Shown: positions 16,968-33,273 of the stretch, in pieces | Position numbering within the stretch: the stretch's first letter is position 1 | How the letters are laid out: every line of letters begins with the position of its first letter | From: Eledone cirrhosa | Taxonomy: Eukaryota | DNA length: 64,000 nucleotides | Direction of reading: 5' to 3' | Assembly: GCA_964016885.1 (NCBI GenBank) | Contig: OZ024742.1 | Location: 248,806,001-248,870,000, forward strand | The notes under the pieces: model-generated | What the model was told of the DNA's origin: nothing | Databases searched by the model: none | Seen by the model: the letters and a program-made list of their open reading frames with translations, nothing else | Program-made: the position numbers and the translations under genes

Positions 16968-18426
16968 ATATATATATATATATATATATACATACATACA
17001 TATATATATGGATTTAGATAGATTTGCTTATGTTCACGTGCGTCAGCATGCGTCTACTTATTCGTCTCTTTGTCCGTCGGCCTGTATGTCTGTGTTACTA
17101 TGTACATTGGAGAGACAGACAGTGACAGAGATATCGATATTACATAATTCTATGTATCCACGCTCCACGACCAATGTATTCCTCATAGGTTCGCTGTGTA
17201 CAGAGATGATGTATTAGCAATCTCAAACAAATTGACTAAGTAGCAAGTTGATAACTTAGTTTTCACATGAACTTATCATCAAGTTTTTCTTGCTCCAAGA
17301 CTCAAGATATGATCCTGTACATCACCAGTACTTGGACATTGCATGTAACTCATTTCAGTAACCCGTGTGCTTGAGGTCCTCCATGTATCCTATTCGAGTA
17401 ATAATCAAAGGCCCGGATAAATGTCAAGAACCTCTAAGATTTCTCCTCCCCATTATTCATGAAATGTGTATCATTAACTTGTAACATCTCGTAATCTTTT
17501 AGTAGAAAATATGTAAAAAACGGATTTTTTAATTAAAAGATTTTTAGTATCTTGACTAGTGGAGAGATTATTGTGAATGTTTTCAATACTTTGTTATAGT
17601 CTTTAGCTCTTAATTTGGCTGTCAGATTACTGCTTTTTACTTTTCAAGAATATATTACTAAAATGATTTAATGTGGTACAGGATGATACGAGTTAATTAC
17701 TTAACGTTTTGTAATATAGTCTGAGAGATTTATGAAAGGTTCATGTTGTACCCGACTATTTAGGACATTGGGTGGGAGAATATCTGGCTTTGTATACATT
17801 GTATCGGAGCTCCAGTTTACTGAATAAGGTCAATCTTAAATTAATTATCTCAATGTCATGATTAAATCTATTTCCAAATTGTCACTCACAAGGGTTTCTT
17901 GAATAATAAGCTATAGTAGAAACACTTGTCCAATGTGTCATGTTGATGGATTAAACAAATATTTCCCATCGCTCAGAAATTGACGTGATAAACGTACAAC
18001 TAAACATAAGTACACATTTTTTCTAGCATATCTGTAAACACCTAGTCATGTAACCTCTCAGACATGTGACATCGCATTCATGTGTCCTCTCCGTTATGTG
18101 ATGTCTCGGTTCCGTGATATCCATGATCTATAACTTTTTAGACCTATGAACTAGCAGTGACCTCTCAATCCTCTAACCTCTCAATTTTCTAATCTCTCAT
18201 CCCTCTGTCCTCTCTGATCTTCTATGGCCACCTAATCACCTGAAAACTGCCTTCTGACCTTCTTGACCTGTGTCCTCATATTATGGTAAATTCATAATAC
18301 TGTCACCTTCTAGTTTTGAGTAATCTCAATCATGTGACCTCTCAGGACTATGATCTCTCTCGTTTGCGACCTCTGAATTCTGTGACATAGGAAATTTGTA
18401 ACATGTTAGTTTGGTGATATAGCAGT

Positions 18427-18562
18427 GATATCAAGTATCTTGGGTACTGGATCATGGACTCTGAGAAGGATTTTGCCACCAGGAAGGCCCAAGCATGGTC
18501 AGCTTGCAACAAGATGGATCGAGTTTGGTGCTCAAATCTTTCCAACCACACTAAGATCAGCA
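18427..18562 (+). mobile_element. RTE-type non-LTR retrotransposon RT C-terminal fragment
   Basis: DIKYLGYWIMDSEKDFATRKAQAWSACNKMDRVWCSNLSNHTKIS (cf. FKYLGS.....KD...RK..AW.A...L..IW.S.L). Confidence 0.75.
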
Positions 18563-19066
18563 ATATCACCAATAATACATGCTATCCCATTTACTAACTC
18601 CACTACAAACACCTCAGCTATCACCATTTCGACAATTCCCACTACTTCAACACCTCCACCATCACCATAATCATCATAATCAAAACCACTTCCTCAAAGT
18701 CTATTAGAAATATCACAAAAACGATCATCAACGACAACAAAAACAACACCAAAATTACAAATACCAACGAAGCCATCACAAACAACACCATCACCAATAT
18801 GATAAATCCAGCAAGTACGTCACCTAGAACACTAACAACTCTAACACCAACTACACAAACAGCAGCACCACTAGCACTACCTATCTAACACCACACAATC
18901 CAGTATCCGTCGATAAGCTGTCAGAAGTTAGGGAGACCAAAACTACGTTGATTGCGGATGTGCAACAGTGTCGCAATTTATTTATTTTTTCGTTTTGTCA
19001 GCAACAATGGCAAAGGAAATGTATATAAATATAGTACATATATACATATATATGTGTGTGTGCGTA

Positions 19067-19186
<120 letters not shown>

Positions 19187-19708
19187 TGTATGCACATGTG
19201 TGCGTATGTATATTTATGTGTATATATATATATATATAAATATATATATATATTCAAAAAATATTTCTATCAGCCATTTATCTGTCTTCAAATAAAAGAT
19301 CGGCTATGATTTTCTTACAAAATTGAAATAGATTGTGACAGAAAGCTTTTTAGATAGTAAAGTAGGTGAACGTTGGAGAGGTTTGGGTGGTAGGTAGGCA
19401 AGAACAACAGAAGTTATATCGTAAAGCGGCACAATCACTCAATGAAATGTTTTGTGTGCTTTTAACTTTAACATCTTCTACTACTTCTTCACACCCCTTC
19501 TACACATTCAACATGTCGGTTTACTTGTATTTCATATATGAATACATGTACACTGTCACATAAATATTCACATATAGGCACATTCTCTCAGACACACATA
19601 ACCGCACACACAAACACACACACAATCACACACATACATATTTATATATACATATATTCATACAAGTATATCTATCTAGCTCCTTCTCTCTCAATACACA
19701 CACACACA

Positions 19709-19788
<80 letters not shown>

Positions 19789-19947
19789 AACATATATGTA
19801 CATATATAAATATATATATATATTACATAAGCAACAGCTAAAGTAGGTAATTAAAATATAATTACATAATCTATCTTTGAGTGATTATTGCGAGATTCTT
19901 GAAATGCCGAAAAGAAATATGTGTAATAAAATTATAGATGGTTGCAG

Positions 19948-20570
<623 letters not shown>

Positions 20571-20581
20571 ATAACAATAAC

Positions 20582-20632
<51 letters not shown>

Positions 20633-20659
20633 CATAATCATAATCATAATAACAACACC

Positions 20660-21335
20660 ATATTTACAAGGAGGAGGCTAGCCCACTGTGCAGGATCTGT
20701 GGAGAGAGAGAGGAGACTGTGGCTCACATTGTATCCGAGTGTAAACACCTAGCCCAGACTCACTATAAGGGCTGGAGACATGATGTGATGGGCATGGTGG
20801 TCCACTGGCACCTATGCAAAGTAAACAATTTACGACATTCTGAGAAGTGGTATCAGCATAAGCCAGAGTCGGTGATAGAAAACGATCAGGTGAAGGTGCT
20901 GTGTGATTTTAGGATACAGACGGAGAAGAAACTGGAACATAATAGACCTGACCTGGTGGTTGTGGACAAAGAAAAAAGATCGTGCCTGATTGTGGATGTG
21001 GCCTGCCCATTCGACACGAGAGTGCAAGAGAAGGAGAGGGAGAAAATTAACCGATACCACGACTTAAGTGGGAGGTAAAAAGGATTTGGAACAGCCATGA
21101 AGTCAAAGTGGTCCCGATTGTTATAGGCACACTATGTACTATCTCAAAAAGTTTCCAGGAATGGTTAAAGAAAATTGGCCGCTTCACGCTTTTTGGAACG
21201 CTTCAAAAGGCATGCTTGCTGGGAACAGCAAGAACCCTCCGATACGTCCTGAATATCTGAGGTTGCAGGTAGTGGCTTGATATTAATTTCAACAAACTTT
21301 CCAGTTAACTAACATCAATGACTGAGACTCAAAGA
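20660..21335 (+). mobile_element. Second, longer R4/Dong-like copy (CCHC knuckle plus RLE, frameshifted)
   Basis: SPLCRICGEREETVAHIVSECKHLAQTHYKGWRHD...NRPDLVVVDK. 1-bp deletion near 21066. Same 3' UTR as copy 1, ending in (AAT)n. Confidence 0.9.
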
Positions 21336-21351
21336 ATAATAATAATAATAA

Positions 21352-21935
21352 TTTCTTTATTAACCACAAGGGTTTACACAAAGTAGACATTAAGAACAGT
21401 ACAGGACAATACAGGACGGAAAAATGGGCATTACAGCGTATGAAAAAAAACAACAAAAAAACAGAGGATGTAATAACAAAACAATGAAAAATTCCCCAAT
21501 AGGGGGGAGACTTCCGAGGGCAATCGTGGAGAAAGCCCATTATAAAAAGCCACGGTGACCCTGACCACCAGGGCAATTGTCCTCTCCCAGTTTTCCACCT
21601 TCAATTTACAGGCATATACTCAGAGTAGGTCCACTCACTCGGGCCATTCTTGCCTCTCTCACCCATCTTTCAACAAAAAGCTGGGAAGAGAGCACTTCCC
21701 TCTCTACCCTGATATTCCTTTTCAAATTAAATTGGAAAAAGTTAATCAGGGAATCACCGAAGAGGTAAGGGCTCGTTTTCAGCCCTTTTAGACGCGTCCA
21801 CCATACTATCTCTTTCGCCATGGCCACCAGACAGATAAAGACTGCCTGCCCTTCCCGGCTAAAGGAAGAGGGCGGGGCAATCCTCACGATGGACTCAGCT
21901 GATAGTCGGATCCGTTCTACACGCGACAGCAGGTG
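21352..21935 (-). mobile_element. Tx1/L1-clade LINE 3' end
   Basis: ORF 21606-21887 has AMAKEIVWWTR...LFVERW, resembling the L1/Tx1 ORF2 C-terminus. Followed by a 3' UTR, AATAAA and an (ATT)n tail. Confidence 0.65.
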
Positions 21936-22033
21936 TAATAATAGAAGAAGAAGAAGAAGAAGAAGAAGAAGAAGAAGAAGAAGAAGAAGAAGAAGAAGAA
22001 GAAGAAGAAGAAGAAGAAGAAGAAGAAGAAGAA

Positions 22034-22270
22034 ATCAATATAAGGTATTCTGCGAGTAATTAAGAAAATATAAATAAATACATATGCAAAGCACCAGGAC
22101 TATTGAATATATACAGCATACGGAAAATATCTTTTATAGCACTGTTCATAAAAGATATTCAGTAGCCTCAATGACGTATGCGCAGACCTCACCAACAGCA
22201 ATATCCCTGCTCATTCCTGAGACGCTCAAAGTTGTTCTTGATAACGCGATGAAAGCACGTAATAAAGATA
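22034..22270 (-). mobile_element. Unclassified dispersed repeat with (CTT)n tail (copy 1)
   Basis: ccaggactattgaatatata.ag.atacgga.aata.cttttatagcactgttca..agatatt.agtagcctcaatgac is also at 42221-42370. Both copies abut long (AAG)n tracts. Confidence 0.7.
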
Positions 22271-22282
22271 ACATATTATTAT

Positions 22283-23078
22283 GAATTGGCAGTATCAGTA
22301 GAGGGTCGGACGCCATGCTTTGACGCAAAGAGTTACGTCCCTTTACGGTCTGAGTTCAAATCCGGCCGAGGTTAACTTTGCCTTTCATCCTTACGAGGTC
22401 GATAAAATAAAGTACCAGTTAAGTATGGGTAATAGCTGGTCTTGTTTCAAAAGTAGAAACAATTATTATGAAGTTGAGGGTGATGATGGTAGTAATAACG
22501 ATAATAACAATAACAATAATGAAATTTATAATGATAATTGTTTCTACTTTAGGCACAAGGCCTACAATTATGCCTGTACATTACTTGTACATAATGTTAT
22601 CGAGCCCGTAAGGATGAAAGGCAAAGTGAACCCCGGCGGGATTTGAAATCAGACCGCAAAGAGCCATAACTTTATACTACAAAGCATGGTATCTGAGACT
22701 CTACCGATACTGCCAATCCAACGATATTTATAAAAATAAAAACAACCTTTAGCACTAAATATACAAATACACGAACAAACATATAACTTCTACTATTCAT
22801 CCAATATATAAAACACGAAATATCGCAGATGAAACGGAAAGGAAGTTACATCAGTCAGAACATCATAATGATCTATATTGGGAGTACTCTTCTAAATAAT
22901 TGTTTCTACTTTAGGCACAAGGCCAGCAATTACCCAGTGCATTACTGGTACTTTATTTTATCGACCCCGTAAGGATGAAAGGCAAAGTCAACCTCGGCGG
23001 GATTTGAACTCAGATCGTAAAGGGACGTAACTATGCTGGAAAGCATGGCGTCCGAACCTCTACCGAATATTCCGCCAC
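22283..23078. mobile_element. Cluster of three main-family tRNA-derived SINEs: 22283-22468 (+), 22535-22720 (-), 22897-23078 (-)
   Basis: A-box-like tggcagtatcgg, B-box-like gagttcaaatcc, core gcctttcatccttacggggtcgataaaataaagtaccagt and tail gtgccaaaagtagaaacaatt. Resembles the abundant Octopus SINE (recalled, not searched). Confidence 0.9.
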
Positions 23079-23204
23079 TGAAGGTAATATGTTCATTCTA
23101 GAAGATTTTCAAACTTCGGGGTGAGAGCCTATATCTTAGAACCATATACCGACACAAATTTAAACGTTTCTAAAAGGAGTCTAATGTTAGAATCTTTCAT
23201 CGTG

Positions 23205-23257
<53 letters not shown>

Positions 23258-23823
23258 CTACGTGTATGGGTGTATACAGTAGAGACTCCTGTTGAGCATG
23301 ACTAATGAACGTCCAGTTGTTTGATCGTGTTAGGTAACTATCAATTGCGATAAACTATAAAGCGTTTGATTATGTTAAATAGACGTTCACCTTTAATGTA
23401 ATTCACATGCATACGCAGCGTGACACAATATGGCAAGGCGAGCCATTTGAAATCCATGTACTGTAAGCTGAAAAACGCAACACCATCTTCGAAGCATATT
23501 TGGAAATCAAAAGAAAATTGAACATCCAGCAGTATATAATTCCCAATGTAAGACTAGACACTGGTATTTAAGGCCATATCGAAACGCTGTAACATAATTC
23601 TTAGAGAGAGCCTTGCATTGTCTACCTCAGTATATAAAACTTAATATAAAAAATCAAACATTAAACTTCACTCACCTACATATTTATTGAGTTTCCTTCT
23701 TAAAATGTTGGCTGCCATAGGCGGCCTAGATCCACACTATTAATTTCCAAATCTCTGATGCATGCGATCCACTGCATAACCAACCGACCGAAACCGAAAT
23801 AAAACTAACGCCCTCACCCCCAA

Positions 23824-23892
<69 letters not shown>

Positions 23893-23995
23893 AGTTTGTG
23901 TGGGTGGGTATGTGTGTGTCTCAGTCTTTGTGTATCTATATCTTCTATCTATCTATCTATGTGTGTGTATATAGCTATATCTATATCTATCTATT

Positions 23996-24073
<78 letters not shown>

Positions 24074-24420
24074 GGGGAGGGAGAGAGAGAGAGAGGGGAG
24101 AGAGAGAGATAGTTAAATATATATATGAGTATATCTGTGGTCATATGTAATGTAACATTTAACCAAGTTTTATACATTACGGTGGAGAGTGCGCAAATGT
24201 ATATAGATTAATAAATATAAGTGCAACTATTTGCATCGAAAGCACATATAATTGCACAATTGTTGCAACAGAGCGCCGATAACAAAATCATACAATAATA
24301 ATGTTGTACAATTAATAACAATAATAAAAGCCTCACGAATATACATATGCAAAGGCACACACGCACATATATATGTATATGCATATCCAGATGTGTGTAC
24401 AAGTGTGTATTCATATGTAT

Positions 24421-24518
<98 letters not shown>

Positions 24519-24624
24519 TAACACAAACACACACCCACACACACATATAAATAAATATATATCTACATACATATATATATAAATATATACATATATATAT
24601 ATGTATGTATGTATATATATATAC

Positions 24625-24687
<63 letters not shown>

Positions 24688-25097
24688 AAGAGAGAGAGTA
24701 TGAGATACGAGGCAATTAGCTGATATGAATACATGCTACTTCATATATATGATGCATCTAAATGCATACATGTGCAGCGATGATGTAATTACATTGCAGC
24801 AGAGAAATTAGATGGTTTTCCATCGTTTATGATATTGATAGATGTTAGATAAATACATAAAGAGACGATCTAATATATCTCTGCTCACAGTTCGCTTTAA
24901 ACCACCCTATACACATGCTCGCTGAATATATTTATTCATATATGCACACACAGACACAAACTTACACACTCCCATTCATTGAAACACATTCAAATACAAA
25001 CACAAAGATGCACATTCAGTGAAACACACATTCATGTTCGCACATATGGGGGACACAAACAAATAAGCATTCACATACAAACACACACACACGCACG

Positions 25098-25190
<93 letters not shown>

Positions 25191-25329
25191 TCATACTAGT
25201 ACACACGTACACATGCACTAACGAAAGAAAAGTTACGATCTGGTAAAAACTGTGTGGAGTTATACATGTATCTGTAGGAACCAGCATCTACATTGATATA
25301 CATATAAATGCACAGTCTTGCATACACTC

Positions 25330-25382
<53 letters not shown>

Positions 25383-25386
<4 letters not shown>

Positions 25387-25875
25387 TAAAAAGGAAAAGA
25401 AAAGGCTGACAAATTTTTCCCAGTGGAAAATAGTTTAATTAGGAATAAATATAAATTAGTAATAAGTATTAGTTAGTATTCAGTTTATGTTTTAAGTTTT
25501 TACCGGTTTCGCATTTCTTATGCTTTTCAAAAATAATTTTGAGATAGACTGCTTGTGATTGTTGCTCTAATCTGATCAGTTTTGGAAATTCTTCCTGTTT
25601 TACGTGAAAAAAGTGGCTTGGGAGATATTAAGATTTGGTTGGTGTTGAATATCATATGAATAAGCACTATAAATTTCGAGCCAATTCGTGTTGCAAAAAT
25701 TCTTGTAGTCAAAACAATTTTGATTGGTCGGTAGAAGTCACGTGAATGTTTACATTGATTTTAGCGCGAACTGGTTTCGCGCCAAATGAAGGTTTGTCGA
25801 AGAGTGTCCTTTTCCGCTTGATTGAGTTGCAGTCATGGTGAGAGGTCAACAGTTCAGGTGTCTATTAAGACAAAT
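25383..25875 (-). mobile_element. PLE 3'-end unit (family B), minus copy
   Basis: Reverse complement of 27191-27550 over ~360 bp. Begins at (TA)n and carries a hammerhead. Confidence 0.8.
25497..25533 (-). ncRNA. Minimal hammerhead motif, U3-A8 variant (family B)
   Basis: TTT TTGAAAA GCAT-aagaa-ATGC GAAA CCGG TA^AAA. Confidence 0.7.
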
Positions 25876-25903
25876 ATGTGTGTATGTGTGTGTGTGTGTG
25901 TGT

Positions 25904-25978
<75 letters not shown>

Positions 25979-26599
25979 CATGTATGTTAGTGTTCGCGTG
26001 TGCATGTGTGTGTGTGTATGTATGTATGTATGTATGTTAATGTTCGCGTGTGCATGTGTATGTGTGTGTGTGTATGTATGTATGTATGTATGTTAATGTT
26101 CGCGTGTGCATGCGTGTGCATGCGTGTGTGTGTGTGTGTTTTTAATGTCTGTGTGTGTGTGTGGATGGACCAGTACTTTTCAGTCATTTGCAAAAACGAT
26201 TCTCTCAAAAGAACAACAATAACATCAATAATAAAAGAGGTGAAATGATGTATAGTATTGTCATAACAACAAGGCGTGTGTGAGTCCAAATTGTACGTAC
26301 TGCAAGGGGAATCCATTAGGCCCTGCCGTATGGGATACTTGTGTACAAAAATGTATGCACCCATCAATGTGCAATACATGTGTGCCTATGTGTATGTGTG
26401 CGTGTCGGCAAGTGTATATCTATAAACATCAAAAGGTATGCGAATTTTTGTATATTTGTATTTCACTATAGAACATGCGTGTTTATGTATGTAGGATGTA
26501 TGCTGATGTAGGTATGTAGGATGTATGCTGATGTAGGTATGTATGTCAACGTGTGTATGTTGTGGGTTCGTCTTAAGAAGGAGTGTTTAGACTGGGTCC

Positions 26600-27590
26600 G
26601 TATTTGTTAATAAAGTGAGATTCCTTGCTGATACAAAATCACAACAAGCGGAGATATATGAAAATTGGCTTAACTCAACCCCTCTAACTCTCCCCCGTAA
26701 AATACAAATAAAATCCATTCCAAATGAACCCGAGCCTCAAAGACGCCTTAGGGGAAGAATGGCATTTGAACAAATGAAGACAGAAATTGAACTTCTTAAA
26801 TTGAGGGCCCAGACAAATAAGGAAAAAATCAAAACCATCGATGAAGAGATCCTCCTTGAAATCAACGATAAGACTGAAGGCCCCAGAAGATCTCTAAATT
26901 ATGGAAAGAGGACTGCAACAGAGAGGAGCTAAAATCCCTTCAACGCTGGGAAAAAAGTGCTGCTTGATTCCTAAGCTATGAATCGATTTTTCAAACGGAT
27001 TCCACCTCCAATAACCCGTTCATAAAAATAGGAAAACCCATAACCCAACCGCACAACAACTTCGCAAACCCCCGAGCTACTAACAAAAGAAGAAGGAAGC
27101 ACCACACCGAAGATGAACTTCCCAACCTTGCTTCCATAAGGTGGAACAAAAACCCTGGAAAACATCGCCCCCAGAATGACATTTACAACTTTCACGTGAC
27201 TTCTACCGACCAATCAAAATTGTTTTGACTACAAGAATTTTTGCAACACGAATTGGCGCGATATGTATATTGCTTATTCGTGTGACATTCAACAACCAAC
27301 CAAATCTTAATACCTCCCAAGCCACTTTTTTCACATAAAACAGGAAGAATTTCCAAAACTGATCAGATTAGAGCAAAAATCACGAGCACTCTATCTCAAA
27401 ATTATTTTTGAAAAGCATAAGAAATGCGCAACCGGTAAAAACTTAAAACTAAAACTGAATACTAACTAATACTAATTACTAATTTATACTTTCCTAATTA
27501 AACTACTTTTCACGGCGAAAAATTTGTCAGCATTTTCTTTTCCTTTTTACTGATATATCACAACTCGTGTGTCACACCTCTATTTTTTTA
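26600..27590 (+). mobile_element. Decayed coiled-coil-like ORF fragment joined to a family B 3'-end unit (27191-27590)
   Basis: ORF 26615-26932 (AEIYENWL..LPRKIQIK.IPNEPE.Q..LR..AFEQMKTEIELLKLRA) is non-repetitive and protein-like. Followed by the family B unit with a hammerhead at 27405-27440 (GAAA>GCAA) and (TA)n. Confidence 0.65.
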
Positions 27591-27591
27591 A

Positions 27592-27683
<92 letters not shown>

Positions 27684-27684
27684 G

Positions 27685-27727
<43 letters not shown>

Positions 27728-27730
27728 ATG

Positions 27731-27777
<47 letters not shown>

Positions 27778-27792
27778 GTGTATATATGTATA

Positions 27793-27858
<66 letters not shown>

Positions 27859-27974
27859 TATACGTATATATATATATATGTGTGCGTGTATGTATATGTA
27901 TGTATATATATGTATATGTATATGTGTGTATGTATATGTATATGTAAATATATATATATATGCGTGTGTGTGTG

Positions 27975-28006
<32 letters not shown>

Positions 28007-29039
28007 CGTAACGTTTTATTTCAACATACGTTATTAAATCAACTCTATGTTCAGGTTTTGATTTTTTCTGTCACGTTTTATCATATGTTCTCGTGAGAGA
28101 TCTTGTAGCTTGTTTCAAACAACAACGTTTCTTATATTCATAAACTAATCAACATTTAAAGCCTTTCGCAGCATTATCATCACACTGCGGCGTGCTGTTG
28201 CTTTATTTCTACCATCTATTTTATTTGAGCCAAATGTATTTTGTCACTATTGTATAAAATTTCCATTGCCAATACTTGAATTGGCTTTATTGCATGGACT
28301 GAAAATGTAATGTTTAATCCATTGAGTTATACGTCATCAGTGTGTATATAGTTTTTGTGATTATCTAACATTGTGTCGTGTTTTGCGCGTTTAACTAAGA
28401 TTTATATTGTGATATAGATACCACCTCTATAGCTAAACGTCTCTTTGTTAGGGATTCTGTATACTATGGATGTATTGTCTGTTGATGTTTTTCTATCTAG
28501 GTTTGTTTTGTGATGTTGTATTGATCTATGTTGTAAATGCATTGTGTACATTCGAGACATTGTTATAGTTGTATGGCCATTGAACTAGTTGGTTTAATGA
28601 AGTTTATAACTTAAAATTTTACAGTTGAATATATAAATCAGATTGGTAGTTTACTTGTGTGTTTTTATCTATGTGGTGAGTTTTGGATAAGGAGAGTTTT
28701 CATTTGAAATATGAAAGGACAAAAATATTATATGGAGATCAGGAATAGAGAAGGAGAATGAAATTTAAGGAAAAGCAAGTCAAGATAACCGGTAGAGGAA
28801 TGTAAGAATGTGAAAAGGTAATATAGAAAAGAGTTAATGCGAAGAAAACGCAAAGTGACACATTATCAGTCATGGGTTTTTACTGTTGTTAGAGAAACAA
28901 AACAGTCACGCGAATGTAATGCCACAAATATCTAAAAGTAAAGAAAGTGGTATATGTCACGCCTGGAAAGTCTTTGAACATAGCAGTGTTCTGAGACTGC
29001 ACAACAGCAACAGCAATAACAACAACAACAAAAATAATG

Positions 29040-29247
29040 ATTTCTCGCATCGGCACAAGGCCAGTAACTTGGGGGGAGGGGAGAATTGATTAAGTCGACC
29101 CCAGTAAGTTGCTGGTGCTTTATTTTATCGACCCCGTAAGAATGAAAGGCAAAAACACTAACCTCCGCGGGATTTGAACTCAGATCATAACGGGGCGTAA
29201 CTCTATGCTACAAAGTATGGTGTCCGACGCTCTAACGATACTGCCAA
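29040..29247 (-). mobile_element. Main-family SINE (long variant with ggggtcgacttaatc..ccccc segment)
   Basis: Matches the SINE core, head and tail. Confidence 0.85.
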
Positions 29248-29656
29248 CAATAACAAAAACTACAACAAAAACAATAACAAAAACAGACATAACTAATCCT
29301 TAATTAGAAATGTAATTTCGTATTCATTCAAATGATAATTACTGTTGCAATTGGAATTTGGTTAAACGGTACAGCAAGCTTACACATTTATATCTAGCCT
29401 GTATATATTATATATTTAATTATATATTATTATATATGTGTGTGTGTGTGTATCTCGCTCTATATGTCCCTCTCACTCTCCCTCTCTCTCCCTCGCCCAC
29501 CCCTCTCTCTCTATCTCTCTCTCTCTCTCTCTCTCTGTATATATATATATATACACACATACATATACATACATATATATATATATACATATATATATAT
29601 AAATATATATATATATATGTATATAAATATGTGTATATAAATATATATGTATATAC

Positions 29657-29770
<114 letters not shown>

Positions 29771-30677
29771 AGGAATATAATCGTTGCATCTACAAAATAT
29801 ATTTATTCCTATCACTAATACAATTAATATAATTATCGTTCCCCTTCAGAATTTTAGAATTTAATTATTAAAGTTTCATTCTCAAGGTTGAGCACTTTGA
29901 AACGTTTCAGTTTTACATATAGAAAAGTGTACAATTTGAGATTTATCGAATCATCACTTGGTCTCTGTAGATTACGGATGTTTTAGAAATATATGTGTGT
30001 GTAGTTTTTAATGTATATTTACATCGTTTTACATGTGAGACTATAAAAAAGATATGATTGCTAAATAATGCTTATAGTGATTCGATATTATTTTTGGATG
30101 ATGAGATTTATCACATAAAATAGCCATACGTACAGTGGAAATATCAAATTCATCACACAGACAAAACAAAGAAAAATTATATGTCGATACTTTATTAAAT
30201 GTTATTGTATATGTATGTATGTATGCATGTATGTATGTATGTATGTATGTATGTATGTGTGTATGTATGTATGTATGTATGTATCAATGTGTGTATGCAG
30301 GCATACATGGATGTATGTATGTATCGATGTATGTATGCATATATGTATGAAGGTAAGTAGCTTGGTATGAAAGCAAGCGTAAAGGTGTATGTAGTGATGT
30401 GTGTAAGTTGGTATATGTATTCATGTAACTATATCTTATATAGTATTTTAAGTTGACGCATATAATTATGTTATCAAATATTCATACAGGCATACACATA
30501 TAGAAACATACACCTGGTTATAAACACACATATATAGATTCCTATATATTTACACCTACACACGTATACACTTATATATATATTTCAAATATATATATGC
30601 ACATACATATATATACATACATATACATACACACACACACATATATATATAAATAAATATATACATACACACACACG

Positions 30678-30709
<32 letters not shown>

Positions 30710-32004
30710 CATACATATATGCATATAAATTCATATATATATAATAATTTATGATATACGTAGATATATATATGTGAGTGTATGTGTGTGTGTATGTGTG
30801 TGTATGTGTGTGTATGTGTGTGTGTGTGTATGAAATACATGCAATTAACGCTGTTCATATATATATACATATAAATATATATATATATATGTATACATAC
30901 GACAGTATATGTGTGTAGGTGCTGCTCTAGGTCTATGTGTATAGCTTAAGAGTTTGAGGGTTTGTAATGAGAAACGTAATTTCCGGTCGCATTCTAATTT
31001 CCTGTCCAAAAATCTGTCTGAATATAAAATAGCTATCTCACCATATAATCCATTATATCTTCTTTGAAAGTTAACACTTAATCTTTGCAGCTACGACCAA
31101 CCCCGTCTTTTTTATATAGTCTTACACCTCCTACCTTATTATCTTTTCTAACAGTTCTTTTTCTTTTTCTCTCTCCTCCTCTTTCTGTTGTAGTTACAGT
31201 ATTTCTGGTATTTTTTTTCCGTTTCATAATTTTCATAAAATTTATTATATTCATTTATAATTTTCTTTAGAAATTTTGTCGTTGTAATTTTCAGTTTAAA
31301 TTTGTTCCTTTGAAAATTTGGTTGTTGTTTTTGTTGTTATTAAAATTGTCATTTTTGTATGCATATATTTGTGTTATTGTTGTTGTTATTAATATAGCCG
31401 TCGTTGTTATAATATTACTATATTTGTTAGTGTCGTCCATTTTGTGACTCTCATTATTGTTATTATTGTGACTGTATTTTGTCTGTATATAATGTATTAT
31501 TATATATATATTGGTATTGTTAGTTATGTGCGACTATGTGTGTGTTACTGTATGTGCGTGGTCTTCTTTTCGCCTCTATGATCAGTTATATGTGTGTTGA
31601 TGCGGATGTGTTTTCTGTGTGCCTGTTTGTGAGTCCGTCTCTGTTAGTATATGTGTATGTATTGAATTTCTGTTCTTCTAGACAAGTGTTAAATTTCAAA
31701 AACAACTTAAATCTCGGAACAAACCGTAGACAAATCTTTAGAAAATACACAAGATTGATGACATAGTAGTTATAATAACAACAACAACAACAGCAGCATC
31801 GACATGACGATGTGTATTAATCATAAAAATATTACGAAACATCCTATCAAAAATGTTTCATCACGACACCAACGGAAAAAAATAAACGCATTTTAACAAT
31901 TCGTATATGTATGCAAGAATTTATATTTGTATGTTGTATGTATGTGTGTATATAGGTATGTAGTATGTGCTTATATGTCTATAAATAAATATATATATAC
32001 ATAC

Positions 32005-32036
<32 letters not shown>

Positions 32037-32047
32037 TTGTTTGATTC

Positions 32048-32119
<72 letters not shown>

Positions 32120-32134
32120 ATATATATACATCTA

Positions 32135-32225
<91 letters not shown>

Positions 32226-32386
32226 ATATGTATATACACACATGCATACGTACATGCATGAATATATTCATACATACATATACTTACATACATATATAAA
32301 TACGTGCACACATACATACATGCATACATAAATATGTGAGTGTGGGGGAGTGTCGATTTATTTATATGATTATATGTGTGTATATG

Positions 32387-32475
<89 letters not shown>

Positions 32476-32798
32476 TTGCCTATATTAGAGGGAACATGAT
32501 TAGGAAATGATAACTGCAAAAACCTAACATTAATATTTGGCACTTATTCTGTTAAACAGGACGTCATATTCGATGAGATGTAGTTGTATACGTTTTCTAT
32601 TATATATAGTTTCTATATAGATATAATTTATATTGTAACATTTCTATACAAAAAACATTGACAGCTAGTCTACTGTTGATGAGCTGGTGTCTGAGAAATA
32701 CGGAATGAATAGAGAAGGGAGATAATGATGGATGGACAGAATGAAGTGATAAGGTGGCAGTGTGTATATGGAAGAAGTCAGGCATATATATATATTTG

Positions 32799-33012
<214 letters not shown>

Positions 33013-33081
33013 ATATAGAAATGGCTTCCAGAGGAGTACAACTGTTTCATTCGGCAGAGTTCATCAGGAAACATATATGTA

Positions 33082-33160
<79 letters not shown>

Positions 33161-33163
<3 letters not shown>

Positions 33164-33273
33164 AACGAGTAGGACCCCGACGGCTGAGCTCAAGCCGTTT
33201 CGACGGCTAATTCTGGACTGAATTAGCCGTCGAAACGGCTTGAGCTCAGCCGTCGGGGGTCCTACTCGTTCCT
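33161..33273. repeat. Near-perfect palindrome (53/54-bp arms, 6-nt spacer) built from the 3' half of a family E hammerhead
   Basis: Each arm contains gtc GAAA CGGC-ttgagctca-GCCG TC gggg, homologous to 56296-56345. Confidence 0.9.

Noticed and set aside
22283-22370. tRNA gene
   Set aside because: The A/B-box-like motifs belong to SINE heads, and there is no complete cloverleaf.
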